Part shown: one piece after another, positions 11,736-25,401 of the stretch
Layout of the letters: each line of letters begins with the position of its first letter
How positions within the stretch are numbered: the first letter of the stretch is position 1
Assembly (NCBI GenBank): GCA_946965045.2
Contig: OX337233.1
Location: forward strand, 248,001 to 312,000
Reading direction: 5' to 3'
Source: Epithemia pelagica
Lineage: Eukaryota; Protista; Bacillariophyta
DNA: 64,000 nt
The notes under the pieces: generated by a model
What the model was told of the DNA's origin: nothing
Seen by the model: only the letters and a program-made list of their open reading frames with translations
The model's database searches: none
Position numbers and translations under genes: made by a program

Positions 11736-13380
11736 CTATGGTTCGGGCACTTGGAGCTCCAACCCGACATAATGGTTTTGGGCCAGCCAGGGCAGTGCAT
11801 TGGGTCGCCATTCATATAGACGGCCATGCCCAATCCCTGGGCCGTAAAACAGCCCTTGAAGGCCTGATTCCAAAAGGTGAATTGGGGACGACCCGGTCCA
11901 GTCGTTGTGGCGGTAGTGAGTTTGGGTTGGTACTGTCCATCTTGGATCACGGCTTGATACAAGGCTTGTCGCGCCGCCGGAATGCCTTCATCTTGGGGCC
12001 CCGTGCCACCAAAGGGAACGACCGCCACTCGTCGGGGTCCCACCCATGTATACCGACACTCGGGTTCCATGGTGGTGGTGGTTCTCGAGGACGACGGCTC
12101 ATCCTCCTCGGCTGTAGTGTCTGGTTCGTCCGGTGAGTCCTCGTCCTCAACGTCCTTGCTGGTGGCGGGAGGCCACACGAGTTGCGATTGAAGTTCGACC
12201 GAAAGAGGAATCTGCCATTGCAACAAAACACCCCCATTCGTCGCCTTGTTGCTGCTACTGCGAATTTGGAGTTCGAGCGGCGAGGTGGGAACAAAGCGTT
12301 CTTGGGTCGGTCCCACGGTCGACAAGGCCGACACCCCAAAGGCATGACTCGGCAAGACTTGAGCCAACTGGACGGTCTGATCCATGCTGGTATCGACCAC
12401 GGTGGGTGTCACGTACCATCGTCCCGGCCAGTCCCAAATTTCATAGCCTCGTCGTTTTTGGACCGTGACGTGAGGTTGCACTTCGGCGGACGGTGTCATG
12501 CCAATGTGATACAAATCCCAAAAGCGCGGCAACAGTTGCCTGGCAAGGTAGTGATTGCGCAACAGGGACACTTGATCGTTCTTATTGTTCTTGTTGGTGT
12601 CGTGTCCACCAAACAAGAAATCGTCTTGTTGCACAATTGTCCAGGACGACGAATCGAGTTGTCGTTCCAATTGCAAGTTGGACGATCCGACCAAGAGGAC
12701 CCGAGGTTCCCAGGCGAATTCGGACCAGGCCAAGGACAGTTCCCATCAGTGCAGTTCCATCGATAGTCGTCGTTGCTTGTCCTTGTCGTCGTTTGGCAGT
12801 GGTCGACCCGCTCTGTAAGGGCGTTCAAAGTCATTCAAGGCACATTGCAAAGCTTCCAATGGATTCATCAGGGTGCCGGTTGTCGTCGTTTTCTGCTTGA
12901 GGTAGAGTGTCTCAAAGGGTGTCTTCCATACAAACTTGGTGTCATAGCCCTGCAACTCCACCTCATCCTTGTTGTCTGTCACAGGTTCTACTTCCGCATC
13001 ATCATACAAGATTTGATTGATATGCGTTGCAATTGTCGGGCCACACGGGCCACCGTGTCGTCCGAAAAGGCCAGTCGGTCGGCATATCGATCCCATGATG
13101 CGCCATTGGACTTGTTGTTGTTGTCCGTGTCGTCCGCTCGTAACACTGCCGTGGCCTCGATCGTTAAACTCTTCCTGTTCCTTTTTGCCGCAAAAAAATC
13201 CGCTCCTGGTGTCGTCGTCGTCGTCGAACTAGAAGTAGGTAGTGCGGTCGACCGAACGGCGCGATGACCAACAGACCGTCGTGTTGTTTGGTGAATCGTC
13301 GAGCCCCACAGTGGTGCTTCCGTAGGAGCCCATGGCGAGTACGGCAGCAGCATTCGAAGCGTCTTTTTCCGTCCAGCCAT
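11736..13380 (-). pseudogene. DUF2358(SnoaL-like)/SOUL heme-binding-like gene with three lesions
   Basis: The collinear frames MAGRKKTLRMLL.. / ..HINQILYDD.. / ..WELSLAWSEFAWEPRVLLVGSS.. / GYEIWDWPGRW..RRVAVVPFGG..AARQALYQAV..DG / GMAVY-EWRPNALPWLAQNHYVGLEL are joined by a 1-nt deletion (~13025), an in-frame TGA (12746-12748) and a 2-nt AT insertion (~11815). The domain names come from motif resemblance only. Confidence 0.55.
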
Positions 13381-13756
13381 CACAATCCTTGCGACAATCT
13401 CTTTGTTGCTCGTCGATCCTCCACGAAACATTCAATTGTCCCTGCGACACTCGTTGGTCTGGCCTACCGAGTCGACGAGAAGCAACGACACTTGCGAATC
13501 CACTGGGAAGGAAGTTGTTTGAATGATTGGACAGTACTACACAGGTTCAGACGGACAAGCGTCCAAAGTCATGACATCCATGATGTGGCGTGGCGGTACG
13601 ATTGCTGTAAAGTTGCGCAATGCATGGATGATGACGGTGGGTGGGAAGTGGGGAACTTGGAGGTTGGTCGTTGGTCCACATTCCACATCGTCCATTGTCG
13701 ACAACCCCGCTCCACGCCACGAAACATTTCTAGCGTTTCTAATACCTTTTACTGCG

Positions 13757-14227
13757 CTAAAGATTGTAGGTACAAGACGTCGACCCAGGGGGGGCTGAGT
13801 CATGAGGATTAGTGAATGAGTAGTTTAAAGACCAAAAGCACGACACACATGCGACCCGACTCTCGCCATGTTGGATATTCCCTCCTTCCCGAAATAGACA
13901 CCATCTGTCGATCTGCTGCTCAAAGAGTCGTCGAAAACACCACGTATGCTTGTGCAGTAGTGGTAATGTCGCACAGGTAGGACTTCCCCAGCCACTTATC
14001 ACGGCAACTTGATTGGCAACAGTCACCGTACTGCAGCCAGTGCGGTTATCCACGAATGGTGGGAGATTCCACACGCGGTTGCGGTTCGTATCCAACACTT
14101 CCACGGTTGAATTGCCTCTTCCTCCCGCCACCACCAGACAAGATCCCACGGCAACCATTGCACACGACCTTCGTGCATTGGAAAGCCTCAACTCCGAATG
14201 AGTAATCCAAGTGGTCGAGAAGGGCAT
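13757..14227 (-). pseudogene. 3' fragment of a Kelch-family gene (blades 5-6 and tail only)
   Basis: WITHSELRLSNARRSCAMVAVGSCLVVAGG..TCATLPLLHKHTWCFRRL matches the paralog C-termini. Upstream of about 14220 the sequence switches abruptly to a spacer module. Confidence 0.9.
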
Positions 14228-16085
14228 CTGCGGATGGGTCAGGAATGTACAGGATTAGAACAAGCCTCGAGTTTAGTCAACGGTCACTCAGCTGTGGTAG
14301 AACAACGAGTGGGGATGTTGCTTCCACCAATCACCAGACATGAACAACCACACCAACAAGGCACCTACCTACAACGGCCACCACGAGTCAAGCTCTTCCC
14401 TGGCTACATCAAGCAACCATAACAACTAGCACGACGACGATGGCCCAGCCACCAGACAATTGTAGCAGGACCATTTGAGATACAACGACAAAGTCTCAAC
14501 ACCCAAACCACAACAACTGGCAACCGGCAACATCCACACCAACACTCTGGTACTTGCAAGTGGCAGTGTTGCGCCGAATCGACGACTCCCACCACCACAT
14601 GGAACCATGTTCCTCTTCCGCCTTGCAGCAACATGACCCCAACTTCTAGTTGGTACCAGACGATGTGTCCTTCACCATCAATGGTGTGTCTTCGGCCACC
14701 AAAGCATATAAGATGGAAATCAAAGTATCACGATCACAAGTGGTTCGCGATTGGGAGGCAATATCAAACAACTCCGAACTAACGTGTCGCACAAGAAAAC
14801 TGCAGAGATTTGCACCTTCTTGATTCCTGTCTCGAACTGGCTATTCCGTATGGTCCAACAGTCCTGAGCTTTCGTGGCGACTGTGTGTCCTTAAGCGTTG
14901 TCGACCTCGGTAGACGCCTTTTGAAAATGGCCGATTCACTCATAAGAAACACAATGCTATCCAGATTCAAAGCGCACGTATAGAGAGAAAGGATGCATCA
15001 TAGAAGCTACCAGCCAAACTTTCCAATACTCTCAAGCGCATGTTGTCGTTTGGTATACCGAGTTGGCCAAAAGTATGCTCAAACTGTCGACTTGAACCAA
15101 TGAAACACCGCAGTATGACTATTTATTTTGTATGCAGGAGAAGGGCAAAAAGAGCAACGGTGCGATACCGTGACCAACGTGGTCGCATGGCAATCCACGG
15201 GCACGAAGAAAGACGCAAAGGAACATGGACCATCCAGACAAACGACAAACATAATCCATGGCAATTGCGAAGGCAAATATGACTCGATCTCTATAAGTTT
15301 ACAAGGAACCATGCTTTGGATCCCCTCTGTTTCTTTCTCACCAAATCGTCCTTCCTCCAGTCCCCAATCTGCATTCTGCGAGATCCGATCCTGTCCACGA
15401 TAAACAAGAAACAGACACGCGAATTGCGCCATTCCGACAGCGACGAACAGAACCATTCAGGCACGACCGCCTCGGGCGACCACTGTTCCAACACGACCAA
15501 TCATTCATACGGTGTGGGTGGCTAGGCTTCCAAGACGGCCAAGACATGATCGGCCGCATTCGTGGTCGTGGTTTTCTTGTTTGTGCTGCTGAGTTCAGTG
15601 CGAGGCACAAAGTGGAGGTAGAGTACTCTTGTACGACAGTGTTGTATCGTGCAACAAGGTTTCAGCGGAACTGGCATCGAGGGGCACGACATCGCGATGA
15701 GGAGGAGCTTGTTTCCAGGCATGTAGTGGTGGTGGAAGTTTCCTGGCTCGTTGTCGTCTTCATCAATGCTCACTTCCAAGATGGTTTCGTCCAATTGCGG
15801 TACGTCAGGAAGAGGGCCTTCTTCTTTTGTTGCTATGTTGGTAGTTCGGGAGGTTGTGGTGTGACAACGACAAGACTCGATTCCTTGTAGTCGTTCTGGT
15901 CAATTGCGACAACTGGCACGACCCTCAATTGGATTTGGTGGGTTTTTCTTGGCTTTGTTCTGGAGGAACTTGACTGTCGCAAATGTCCTCCTGACGAGAT
16001 GAAATCTCAACCACGACGATGACGATGTTGCAGGGGTTTGTATCGTGGCCTGTTCAACTTGCAAGATATCGTAGCCAAGAGGGTA

Positions 16086-16570
16086 TTACAAAAATAGATG
16101 CGGTGTACGTCCCTGGTTATCAAGTTCTTCCATGAGAGAAGGAAACTTGAACAAGAAGCGAACACATTCGGTCATATGGGCTTGACAGGCCAACTGAATC
16201 GGCAAACTCCCATGATTATTGCCCTGCTGTGGCAATTGAGGGGACAATTCCACCAACAATCGTACCACTGCCAAGGACGAGGCGACATCGCCATCCTCGG
16301 CCGTCTCCTCCGTGGTTGGTGGTTGGACAGCCGGCCATGTGTATTGTCATCGTCGTCATGATCATCATCTTCATTGGGCCATTCTGGCTTGGCATAACAT
16401 ATCAAGTGCAACAAGGAATTGCGATTCACATGCAACAGCAGGTAGAAGAAAGCATTTGCGATTGGAGCGCGGTGACTCCTCTGAGAGGGACAAACAGAAT
16501 AAGACATGAAACGGTCCTCCTTACTTCCATCCAAAAGTCGACCCATTGTCAAATTTCGAGGAACAAGCAT
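16086..16570 (-). pseudogene. Ankyrin-repeat gene relic (frameshifted)
   Basis: Ankyrin-like NRNSLLHLICYAKP and AVVRLLVELSPQLPQQGNNHGSLPIQLACQAHMTECVRFLFKFPSLMEELDNQGRTP lie in different frames. Confidence 0.65.
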
Positions 16571-17146
16571 CAGAAGCGGAACATCAGGTTTAACAAGGTT
16601 TCACCTTGTCGTGTTTCTGCTCCTGCTCCTCTCATCATTGGACCTTTGGATCCACCCGTTTCGTCCTTTTGTCGGATTCATCAAACACGATACCATGAAC
16701 CAAAACCAAAGCCAAATCGAGAGGTTGGACGAAACTCTTTCTTTTGGGAATGCACCACTGTCGGTTCTTGCCCTAGCTGCCACAGCTACCAATCCATGAA
16801 CGACGACTTTGTGTCGTGTAAAGTGCCACGATGCCACGACAAAGCACCAGATTCTTGTCGCGTCCTTACACAAGCCGGATCGTTCCTTCCAGCCTTTGAC
16901 AACAAAGAAGTACCTCCTATCTTGCAACATATTGTTTCTATTTTTGAGTTACCACTTACTAGGTTCTAGGATTGCAATTGAACGTGGAAAACATGTCAAT
17001 GACTTGAAAACAAACGTCTAGGCTTCATCCTTCCCCTCATCACCACGGTGAGTATTGGACCTTGCTCGTTCACAAGCTAATGTCGATGTGGACAAGGGTG
17101 AGATATCATCATCTCGGATACGCATACCTTCAAGAGAATGATACTA

Positions 17147-18226
17147 TCAGTTCGATTGGTGCTCACAGAGTCGACGAAAGCACCATGTATTCTTGTCGAT
17201 TAGTGGTAATGTCGCACAGGTAGGATTGTACACACCACCAATCACGGCAACTTGATTGGCAACAGTCACCATATTGCAGCCAGCACGGTGATTTCCGAAT
17301 GGTGGAAGATTCCACACGCGGTTGAAATTCGTATCCAAGACTTCCACCGTTGAATTGCCCCATCCTCCCGCCACCACCAGACAAGAACCCATGGCAACCA
17401 CTGCACAAGTAGTTCGTGCATTGGAAAGGACCAGATCAGAGAGAGTCATCCAAGGGGACGAGAAAGAACTCAATGTCAAGCCAGTCTGCTTCTTTGTCTC
17501 TTCATTGTCACCAGGCTTTGAAAATTCCAAATACTCCACCGAGCATCCTGTGTAGCCTCCAACGGAGAAGATGCGGTTACCAATGACCACACTAGCACAA
17601 TATGATCGAGGAATATTCATGCTTGGTCCCGCAGTGACAGTGTGGTGCCTGGTATCAATAATATCCACCGACGGCAAATAACGATCGTTGTAGCCACCCA
17701 TTACAACGATGTATCGGTTGTGAACCGCAACAGCACAACATCCACATCGACCCGTTGATAATCGACCATTCAATGTCGTCCAGTGGCTCTTCTTTGAACT
17801 GCTTGATGTCGAAGATGATTGCAGCAAATCATTGGCATCAATGCGTTCCATGCAATCGAACATTGAATTGTCAGCATATCCTCCCATCACGTAGACGGCT
17901 CTGTTGCACACAACAGCGGCATGTCCTCGACGACTCTTGATCATGGGTGGCCCTTCTCGCCACTGTTTGTTTGGGTTTGCCAAGTTCAATACAAGAACGG
18001 AATTGGTGACATATTCGCCTTGTTGACGTCCTCCCATCACGACGACCGTTTGTCTCTTCGGCTTGTTGTCGTTGCCGTCCGTATCGGGATGATCTAGTAC
18101 AACCGTAGCATGACGATAACGCCATCCACCCATAAGAGGAGGCCAGTCGTTTTCATTCCATTCTGCTGTCCCGTCTGAAAGGACAAGGCCCGACTGCCAG
18201 GCTTCTTCTTTCAATGTCGTGGGCAT
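17147..18226 (-). CDS. Kelch-repeat protein, copy K3 (359 aa from MPTTLKEEAW)
   Basis: Six Kelch repeats in an intact ORF. The longer ORF call (to 18493) runs through the untranslated leader module. Confidence 0.95.
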   Translation of the reverse strand: MPTTLKEEAWQSGLVLSDGTAEWNENDWPPLMGGWRYRHATVVLDHPDTDGNDNKPKRQTVVVMGGRQQGEYVTNSVLVLNLANPNKQWREGPPMIKSRRGHAAVVCNRAVYVMGGYADNSMFDCMERIDANDLLQSSSTSSSSKKSHWTTLNGRLSTGRCGCCAVAVHNRYIVVMGGYNDRYLPSVDIIDTRHHTVTAGPSMNIPRSYCASVVIGNRIFSVGGYTGCSVEYLEFSKPGDNEETKKQTGLTLSSFSSPWMTLSDLVLSNARTTCAVVAMGSCLVVAGGWGNSTVEVLDTNFNRVWNLPPFGNHRAGCNMVTVANQVAVIGGVYNPTCATLPLIDKNTWCFRRLCEHQSN

Positions 18227-18515
18227 GCTTCGAAACGTTTTGACTGCAGAATTTATGTGGAGTGCGTTTGCGGCTGTTGCGAGTCTGATTTGTATGGATG
18301 GAAGCACGACGAGGACTCTCTTAGAATACACGTGGAAGCTTTGGACCCACAAAGAGCGTCTGTCACATGTACGATATCGCACATAGACTTCATGACACGA
18401 CCACAGCAAGCAGAGCGCATCTTTCCCCACAAAAGATGCGCGAATCCAGATCTGTTCCCAAAACCAAACGATGGACAACATCCACAAGAACAAACCGTCG
18501 AAACATTCTCATGTC

Positions 18516-19576
18516 AAAACGACCCACAGCCTTTTATAGAGCCAAACCAGATGAGGACCCCACTGTCACGACAATTTAGAGAAACCAGCCTTTGCAATGA
18601 ACAAATCCAATTGTGGACGGGTCCATCTGCGGATGGGTCAGGAATGTACAGGAGTGGAACAAGCCTCGAGTTTGGTCAACGGTCACTCAGCTGTGGCAGA
18701 ACAACGAGTGGTGAGGTTGCTTTCACCAATAACCACACACCAACAAGGCACCTCCCCTCCCTACAACGACCATCATGAGTCAAGCTCTTCCCTGGCTTCA
18801 TCAAGCAACCATGATGACTAGCAGGATGATGACGACTGCGGCTCTGCCTCAAGACAATAGCAGCAGGACCTTGAAGAGACAATGACAAAGTCTCAACGTC
18901 CCACATTGCGGCACGATTGAATGCCACTCAAGACCTTGCGACAGTCGGGAATTGGGATGCTACGCCGCTCTCTTTATCGCCCAGAAGATGCAAGATGGCC
19001 AATATCTCACATTGCGTAGTCGAATTGGTCAGGTTCCACCGCGCGGTTTGGTGTTCTGACGGACAATCATCACTTAACCTTTGAGTTTGCCGTGTTCCAG
19101 GTAAAACGTCTCGCTGACCTGACGTCCGATTTGGCCGTGGTGCACATGTCCGATTCTTGGTGGGTGTTGAATTCCACTTGCTCGGGGACATTCTGCTGGT
19201 TGATCAGGCAGTCCCACACACAAGGTTTCCCAGACTTTTACTTGCCCACAACCCTTTTTGCAATTGACGTCCCAACCATCGACCCCTGTTCCGACCACCA
19301 CTTTCTCCTCACGGCAAGAAAACAATCAACCGTAGCTACAGCAAACGCTCACCGTCATGGATGCTTGGTTAGATCAGTAAGCTCCGATAGCGCGCTTCTG
19401 TCTGTCTCCACAGTCACGAGAGTGTCTCCCTGTCATGTGAACAAGGAGACTATGCATTCCGAGGATGGAAACGGATGGTGCGAGGGAGTTTGACTTGTCA
19501 CGGAGAAATACTTCAGGGACTGCCAAAGGACTCAAGAATATGACACTAGCACTCAACACAGAGCAAAACTCTGCAT
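18516..19576. repeat. ~1.06-kb near-identical duplicate of 36072-37132
   Basis: Several ORFs are identical at constant offset 17556 (18597/36153, 18928/36484, 19092/36648). Confidence 0.92.
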
Positions 19577-19824
19577 AATCCATGACAGTGTTTTGTCGTT
19601 TCGGAACAGTCTCGTTCTCCCGGACACGCCATTGACATGATTTATGATTTCATTTCTACTATAAGGACTCACATGATAATTCCACAGGTAGCAGACACTA
19701 AGAAAACTATTTGAGATCGAAATGATTATTCGAAAGTTTCGTCATTGTAGGACATTAACGCAACGTGATGCCCACTTCAAGTTTCATCCTTGCCTTCATC
19801 ACCATGGCGTGTATCGGGCCTTGC

Positions 19825-20994
19825 TCATTTATGAGCTGATGTCGAGGTGGAGAAGGGTGAAATATGAACATGTCGGATATCCATTCCATCCCGGAACTGG
19901 AACCATCCGTTGGGCTGCTGCTCACAGAGTCGACCAAAACACCACGAATTCTTGTCCAGTAGTGGTAATGTTGCACAGGTAGGATTGTATCCACCACCAA
20001 TCACGGCAACTTGATTGGCAACAGTCACCATACTGCAGCCATTGCGGTGATTCACGAATGATGGGAGACTCCAAACGCGGTTGCGGTGCGTATCCAAGAC
20101 TTCCACGGTTGAATTGCGCCATCCTCCCGCCACCACCAGACAAGATCCCACGGCAACCATTGCACAATAAGCTCGAGGTTTGGAAAGCACCAATGCAGAG
20201 TGAGTAATCCAGGTGGACGAGAGAGAAATGAATGTCGAACAAGTCTCCTTTTTTGTCTCATCATTGTCACAGGGTGTTGCAAAGTCCATATACTCCACCG
20301 AGTCAAGATCGCCATGCACATTACGGCCTCCAACGACAAAGATGCGGTGGCCAATGACCGCACTGGCACACCATTGTCGTGGAACAGTCATGCTTGGTCC
20401 TGCAGTGACGGTGTGGTTCCTGGTATCAATAATATCTACAGAAGACAAGCTTCGACCGTCGTTGTAGCCACCCATCACAACAATGTATCGGTTGTGAACC
20501 GCAACAGCACAACATCCTGATCGTCTCGTTGATAAGCGACATATCAATGTCGTCCAATGACTCTCATGTTTGTTGCTTGTTGTTAAAGGTGATTGCAGCA
20601 AATCATTAAAGTCAATTCGTTCGATAGAATCCAATGGACCTTGATTGAATCCGCCCATCACGTAGACGCCGTCATTGCACACAACAGCGGCATGTCCTCG
20701 ACGTCTCTTGTTCATTGATGGCCCTTCGCGCCAGTGCTTGTCCGGCGCTGCTAAATCCAGTAGAAGAACGGAATTGGTTGTATTCCAACCTTTGTCCCAT
20801 CCTCCCGTCACAAAGACTGCTTGGGCCTTGTCGTTGTTGTAGTCGGTCTTATCGGAATGATTTCGTACAACCATAGCATGACGATAACGCCATCCACCCT
20901 GAAGAGGAGGCCAGTCGTTTTCATTCCATTCAGGTGTCTCGCCGAGAAGGACAAGGCCCGACTGCCATGCTTGTTCTTTCAGTGTCGTGCTCAT
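19825..20994 (-). CDS. Kelch-repeat protein, copy K4 (389 aa)
   Basis: MSTTLKEQAWQSGL start, six Kelch repeats, intact. Confidence 0.95.
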   Translation of the reverse strand: MSTTLKEQAWQSGLVLLGETPEWNENDWPPLQGGWRYRHAMVVRNHSDKTDYNNDKAQAVFVTGGWDKGWNTTNSVLLLDLAAPDKHWREGPSMNKRRRGHAAVVCNDGVYVMGGFNQGPLDSIERIDFNDLLQSPLTTSNKHESHWTTLICRLSTRRSGCCAVAVHNRYIVVMGGYNDGRSLSSVDIIDTRNHTVTAGPSMTVPRQWCASAVIGHRIFVVGGRNVHGDLDSVEYMDFATPCDNDETKKETCSTFISLSSTWITHSALVLSKPRAYCAMVAVGSCLVVAGGWRNSTVEVLDTHRNRVWSLPSFVNHRNGCSMVTVANQVAVIGGGYNPTCATLPLLDKNSWCFGRLCEQQPNGWFQFRDGMDIRHVHISPFSTSTSAHK

Positions 20995-23900
20995 TGCTCC
21001 AAAATATTAATAGCAGCAAATTTATGAATTCCGAGACACTGTATTGTGTTAGTGGTTAGTGGTTTTGCTCTGTTGTTGTGATTCTGATGGGTGCGGACTG
21101 GAAGCACGACTGACTGCACGAAATGGATGGACCAAAGAGGGCTAAGAGCTTTCGTCACGAGCAAAATCGTGACCCTAGACACGCAATGAAGAAGATCACG
21201 CATTCTTGTTTGGAGTTCCATGAAAGTTTTTGGATATCGAAATAATCCTCATGGCTAGAAAGACAACCACTGATATTTATGGTTTCCATCTATTTCTCTC
21301 TTTCCCTGTGTTGTATCCATAGGTTCTTCGTGGGAGCTCATGATAAGAGGATCTCCTTGCAATCCGAGCCTTTGCTTTCGACAACCACACACATGAGATG
21401 GTGATGTGCATTACACGAAACAAGAGATTCCATGTACCCCTCATTGCGGATCTTCCCTCACTCTGAGGATGAATGTTAGGATGTTGTGGGGAAGACGACC
21501 AACTGCTGGGACCACTTAATCGATCGAGAGTCTTATTGCAAACCATGATTGCCCACGGGCTTGGGCAGACCATCTCGAAGCTTTTTAGCCGTAGGAGCAA
21601 GCTTATAGGGGAAGTTTTGTGGATGAGGAATGACCCATCGCAACGTTTCTGCATCTTCGGTGCTGCCGCTGCTACACCCATTACTGCGGCTGCATTGATT
21701 GCGGACATGTTCGTCATTCCGTCGTCTCTAGTTTCCGCCATTGTTCGAGCTTTGCCAAGCGCCCATGGGAAGTAGCAGTATATCGATTGGAATGTGCTCC
21801 TCCGTTATCCTCTCGAGTCGTACAACAAGAATGGCAGGATGCGCTCATTGTCTGTTGTTTCCAATCCCCTCTAGTAGCAGAACATCAATGTGTTGGTGGG
21901 TCCCACGAAAAGGGGGCCACCATGTGGCTTTGGGGGGAGTCATTCTAGTACCATGCGGCCGTCGACCATCTCGGTGCCTCTGTTGTGGAATGGTCGTTGT
22001 CGAAGCGCCTTCTCGTTTTTTCCGTCCAGCCAATCTTTGTGACAATCTCGTTGATACTCTTGAATATACTCTCGTAGTCTGTCACCAAGAAAAGGAAGAA
22101 GACAAGTAGATGCCTCGTCACTACCAGAGTCTCAAAAGTTGCAATTCCATGGTTTCCCATCGAGTGTAGCAGTAGATTCTATTAGAGTGGTCGTCTTTTG
22201 GCGACGAGAGCCTCTGTCGATTCGAATTGGATATACGATAGAGTGACAATGCTCGTCTCGGTCGGCGTGCCCGCGAGCCATTCCTGTCCTCATTCTGCGA
22301 CCAAGATTTGGAATGGACTTTACAGACTTTGGGGAGGGGGACTCCACACCAGTTTTGGGGGGGAAGATCCATCGAAAATCGAAACGACAGGAAAAAGATA
22401 CCTCCACCACAATGTGTCGCTGTCGCTGTCGCCGTCTTTTGCTCCGGAGATTGACCTTTTCGCGCCTTCTGGCAGTCTTTTCTGCTGTTCCTCGGTCTCA
22501 ATCTTCCCCATTCTTTTATCTCGTAATACGGCGGCGCAAAGTTCGTTATCGTCCTCCTCCTCCCCTGATCATCGACCTGTATATGTGAGCGGCAGTCATT
22601 GCAAGAAGTCTCTTCACCATCCCCCACTAGACCTTGGAAACAACCCACAAGAACCGCAAGAGATGAACACAAGGACGAGAGAGACCCTTTTTTGATGCAA
22701 CTGTCCGTCACAACCATGATTCATGTGGTTGACAGCATGGGTCAGGAGAATGTACAGGATTGGAACAAGCCTCGAGTTTTTTAACGGTCACTCGGCTGTG
22801 GTAGAACAACGAGTGGGGATGTTGCTTCCACCAATAACCTCACATGAACAACCACACCAACAAGACACCTCCCTACAACAGCCACCACGAGTCAAGCGCT
22901 TCCCTGGCTTCATCAAGCAACCATAACAACTAGCACGACGACGATGGCCCAGCCACCAGACAATAGTAGCAGGACCATTGAGACACAACGACAAAGTCTC
23001 AACCACCCAAACCACAACAACTGGCAACCGGCAACACCCACACCCACACTCTGACACTTGCAAGTGGCACTGTTGCACCGAACCAATGACTCCCACCACC
23101 ACATGGAACCATGTTCCTCTTCCGCCTTGCAGCAACATGGCCTCAACTTCTGGTTGGTACCAGATGGTATGTCTGTCACCAACAATGATGTGTCTTCGGC
23201 CACAAGCCACCAAAGCATACAAGAAGGGAATCATAGTATCACGATCACAGGTGGTTCGCGATTGGGAGGCAATATCAAACAACTCAGAACTAACGAGTCG
23301 CACAAGAAAACTGCAGAGATGTGCACTTTCTTGATTCATGTCTCGAACTGGCTATTCCGCATGGTCCAACAGTCATGAGCTTTCGTGGTGACTTTGTGTC
23401 CTTAAGCGTTGTCGACCTCGGTAGACGCCTTTTGAAAATGGCCGATTCACTCATAAGAAACACAATGCTATCCGGATTCAAAGTGCAGGTGGAGAGAGAA
23501 AGGATGCATCTTACAAGCTACCAGCCAAACTTTCCAATACTCTCAAGCGTATCTTGTCGTTTGGTATACCGAGTGGCCGAAAGTATGCTCAAACTGTCGA
23601 CTTGAACCAATGAAACACCGCAGTATGACTATTTATTTTGTATGCAGGAGAAGGGCAAAAAGAGCAACGGTGCGATACCGTGACCAACGTGGTCGCATGG
23701 CAATCCACGGGCACGAAGAAAGACGCAAAGGAACATGGACCATCCAGACAAACAACAAACATAATCCATGGCAATTGCGAAGGCAAATATGACTCGATCT
23801 CTATAAGTTTACAAGACACCATGCTTTGGATCCCCTCTGATTCTTTCTCACCAAATCGTCCTTCCTTCAGTCCCCAATCTGCATTCTGCGAGATCCGATC

Positions 23901-24595
23901 CTGTCCACGATAAACAAGAAACAGACACGCGAATTGCGCCATTCCGACAGCGACGAACAGAACCATTCAGGCACGACCGCCTCGGGCGACTCGTGTTCCA
24001 ACACGACCAATCATTCATACGGTGTGGGTGGCTAGGCTTCCAAGACGGCCAAGACATGATCGGCCGCATTCGTGGTCGTGGTTTTCTTGTTTGTGCTGCT
24101 GAGTTCAGTGCGAGGCACAAAGTGGAGGTAGAGTACTCTTGTACGACAGTGTTGTATCGTGCAACAAGGTTTCAGCGGAACTGGCATCGAGGGGCACGAC
24201 ATCGCGATGAGGAGGAGTTTGTTTCCAGGCATGTAGTGGTGGTGGAAGTTTCCTGGCTCGTTGTCGTCGTCGTCAATGCTCACTTCCAAGATGGTTTCGT
24301 CCAATTGCGGTACGTCAGGAAGAGGGCCTTCTTCTTTTGTGGCTGTGTTGGTAGTTCGGGAGGTTGTGGTGTGGCAATGACAAGACTCGATTCCTTGTAG
24401 TCGTTCTGGTCAATTGCGACAACTGGCACGACCCTCAATTGGATTTGGTGGGTTTTTCTTGGCTTTGTTCTGGAGGAACTTGACTGTCGCAAATGTCCTC
24501 CTGACGAGATGAAATCTCAACCACGACGATGACGATGTTGCAGGGGTTTGTATCGTGGCCTGTTCAACTTGCAAGATATCGTAGCCAAGAGGGTA

Positions 24596-25045
24596 TTACA
24601 AAAATAGATGCGGTGTACGTCCCTCGTCATCAAGTTCTTCCATGAGAGAAGGAAACTTGAACAAGAATCGAACACATTCGGTCATATGGGCTTGACAGGC
24701 CAACTGAATCGGCAAACTCCCATGAGTATTGCCCTGGTGCGGCAATTGAGGGGCCAATTCCACCAACAATCGTACCACTGCCAAGGACGAGGCGACATCG
24801 CCATCCTCGGCCGTCTCCTCCGTGGTTGGTGGTTGGACAGCCGACCGTGTGTATTTGTCATCGTCGTCATGATCATCATCTTCATTGGGCCATTCTGGCT
24901 TGACATAACATATCAAGTGCAACAAGGTATTGCAATACACATGCAACAGCAGGTAAAAGAAGGCATTTGAGATTGGAGCGCGGTGACTCCTCTGAGAGGG
25001 ACAAACTGAATTAGACATGAAACGGTCCTTTTGGGAATGCACCAC
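24596..25045 (-). pseudogene. Ankyrin-repeat ORF relic (149 aa open, least damaged copy)
   Basis: YCNTLLHLICYVKP..SSLAVVRLLVELAPQLPHQGNTHGSLPIQLACQAHMTECVRFL..ELDDEGRTP in one frame. Confidence 0.65.
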
Positions 25046-25401
25046 TGTCGGTTCTTGCCCTAGCTGCCACAGCTAAAGTGCCACGATGCCACGACAAAGC
25101 ACCAGATTCTTGTCGCGTCCTTACACAAGCCGGATCGTTCCTTCCAGCCTTTGACAACAAAGAAGTACCTCCTATCTTGCATCATATTGTTTCTATTTTT
25201 GAGTAACCACTTACTAGGTTCTAGGATTGCAATTGAACGTGGAAAACATGTCAATGACTTGAAAACAAACGTCTAGGCTTCATCCTTCCCCTCATCACCA
25301 CGGTGAGTATTGGACCTTGCTCGTTCACAAGCTAATGTCGATGTGGACAAGGGTGAGATATCATAATCTCGGATACGCATACCTTCAAGAGAATGATACT
25401 A

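Larger units (their letters stand above)
14235..18890. repeat. ~4.6-kb segmental duplication, copy 1 (copy 2 at about 22740-27210)
   Basis: ORF pairs sit at offset 8510 (15079/23589, 15522/24032, 16098/24608), then at 8255 (17147/25402) after a deletion in copy 2 near 25030. Confidence 0.9.

Noticed and set aside
18227-18493. N-terminal extensions of Kelch ORFs (also 26485-26766, 35686-35826, 3516-3581, 48718-48777)
   Set aside because: The extensions are unrelated or frameshifted between paralogs, and all copies share an ATG at M(T/P)T(T)LKE(Q/E)AW.
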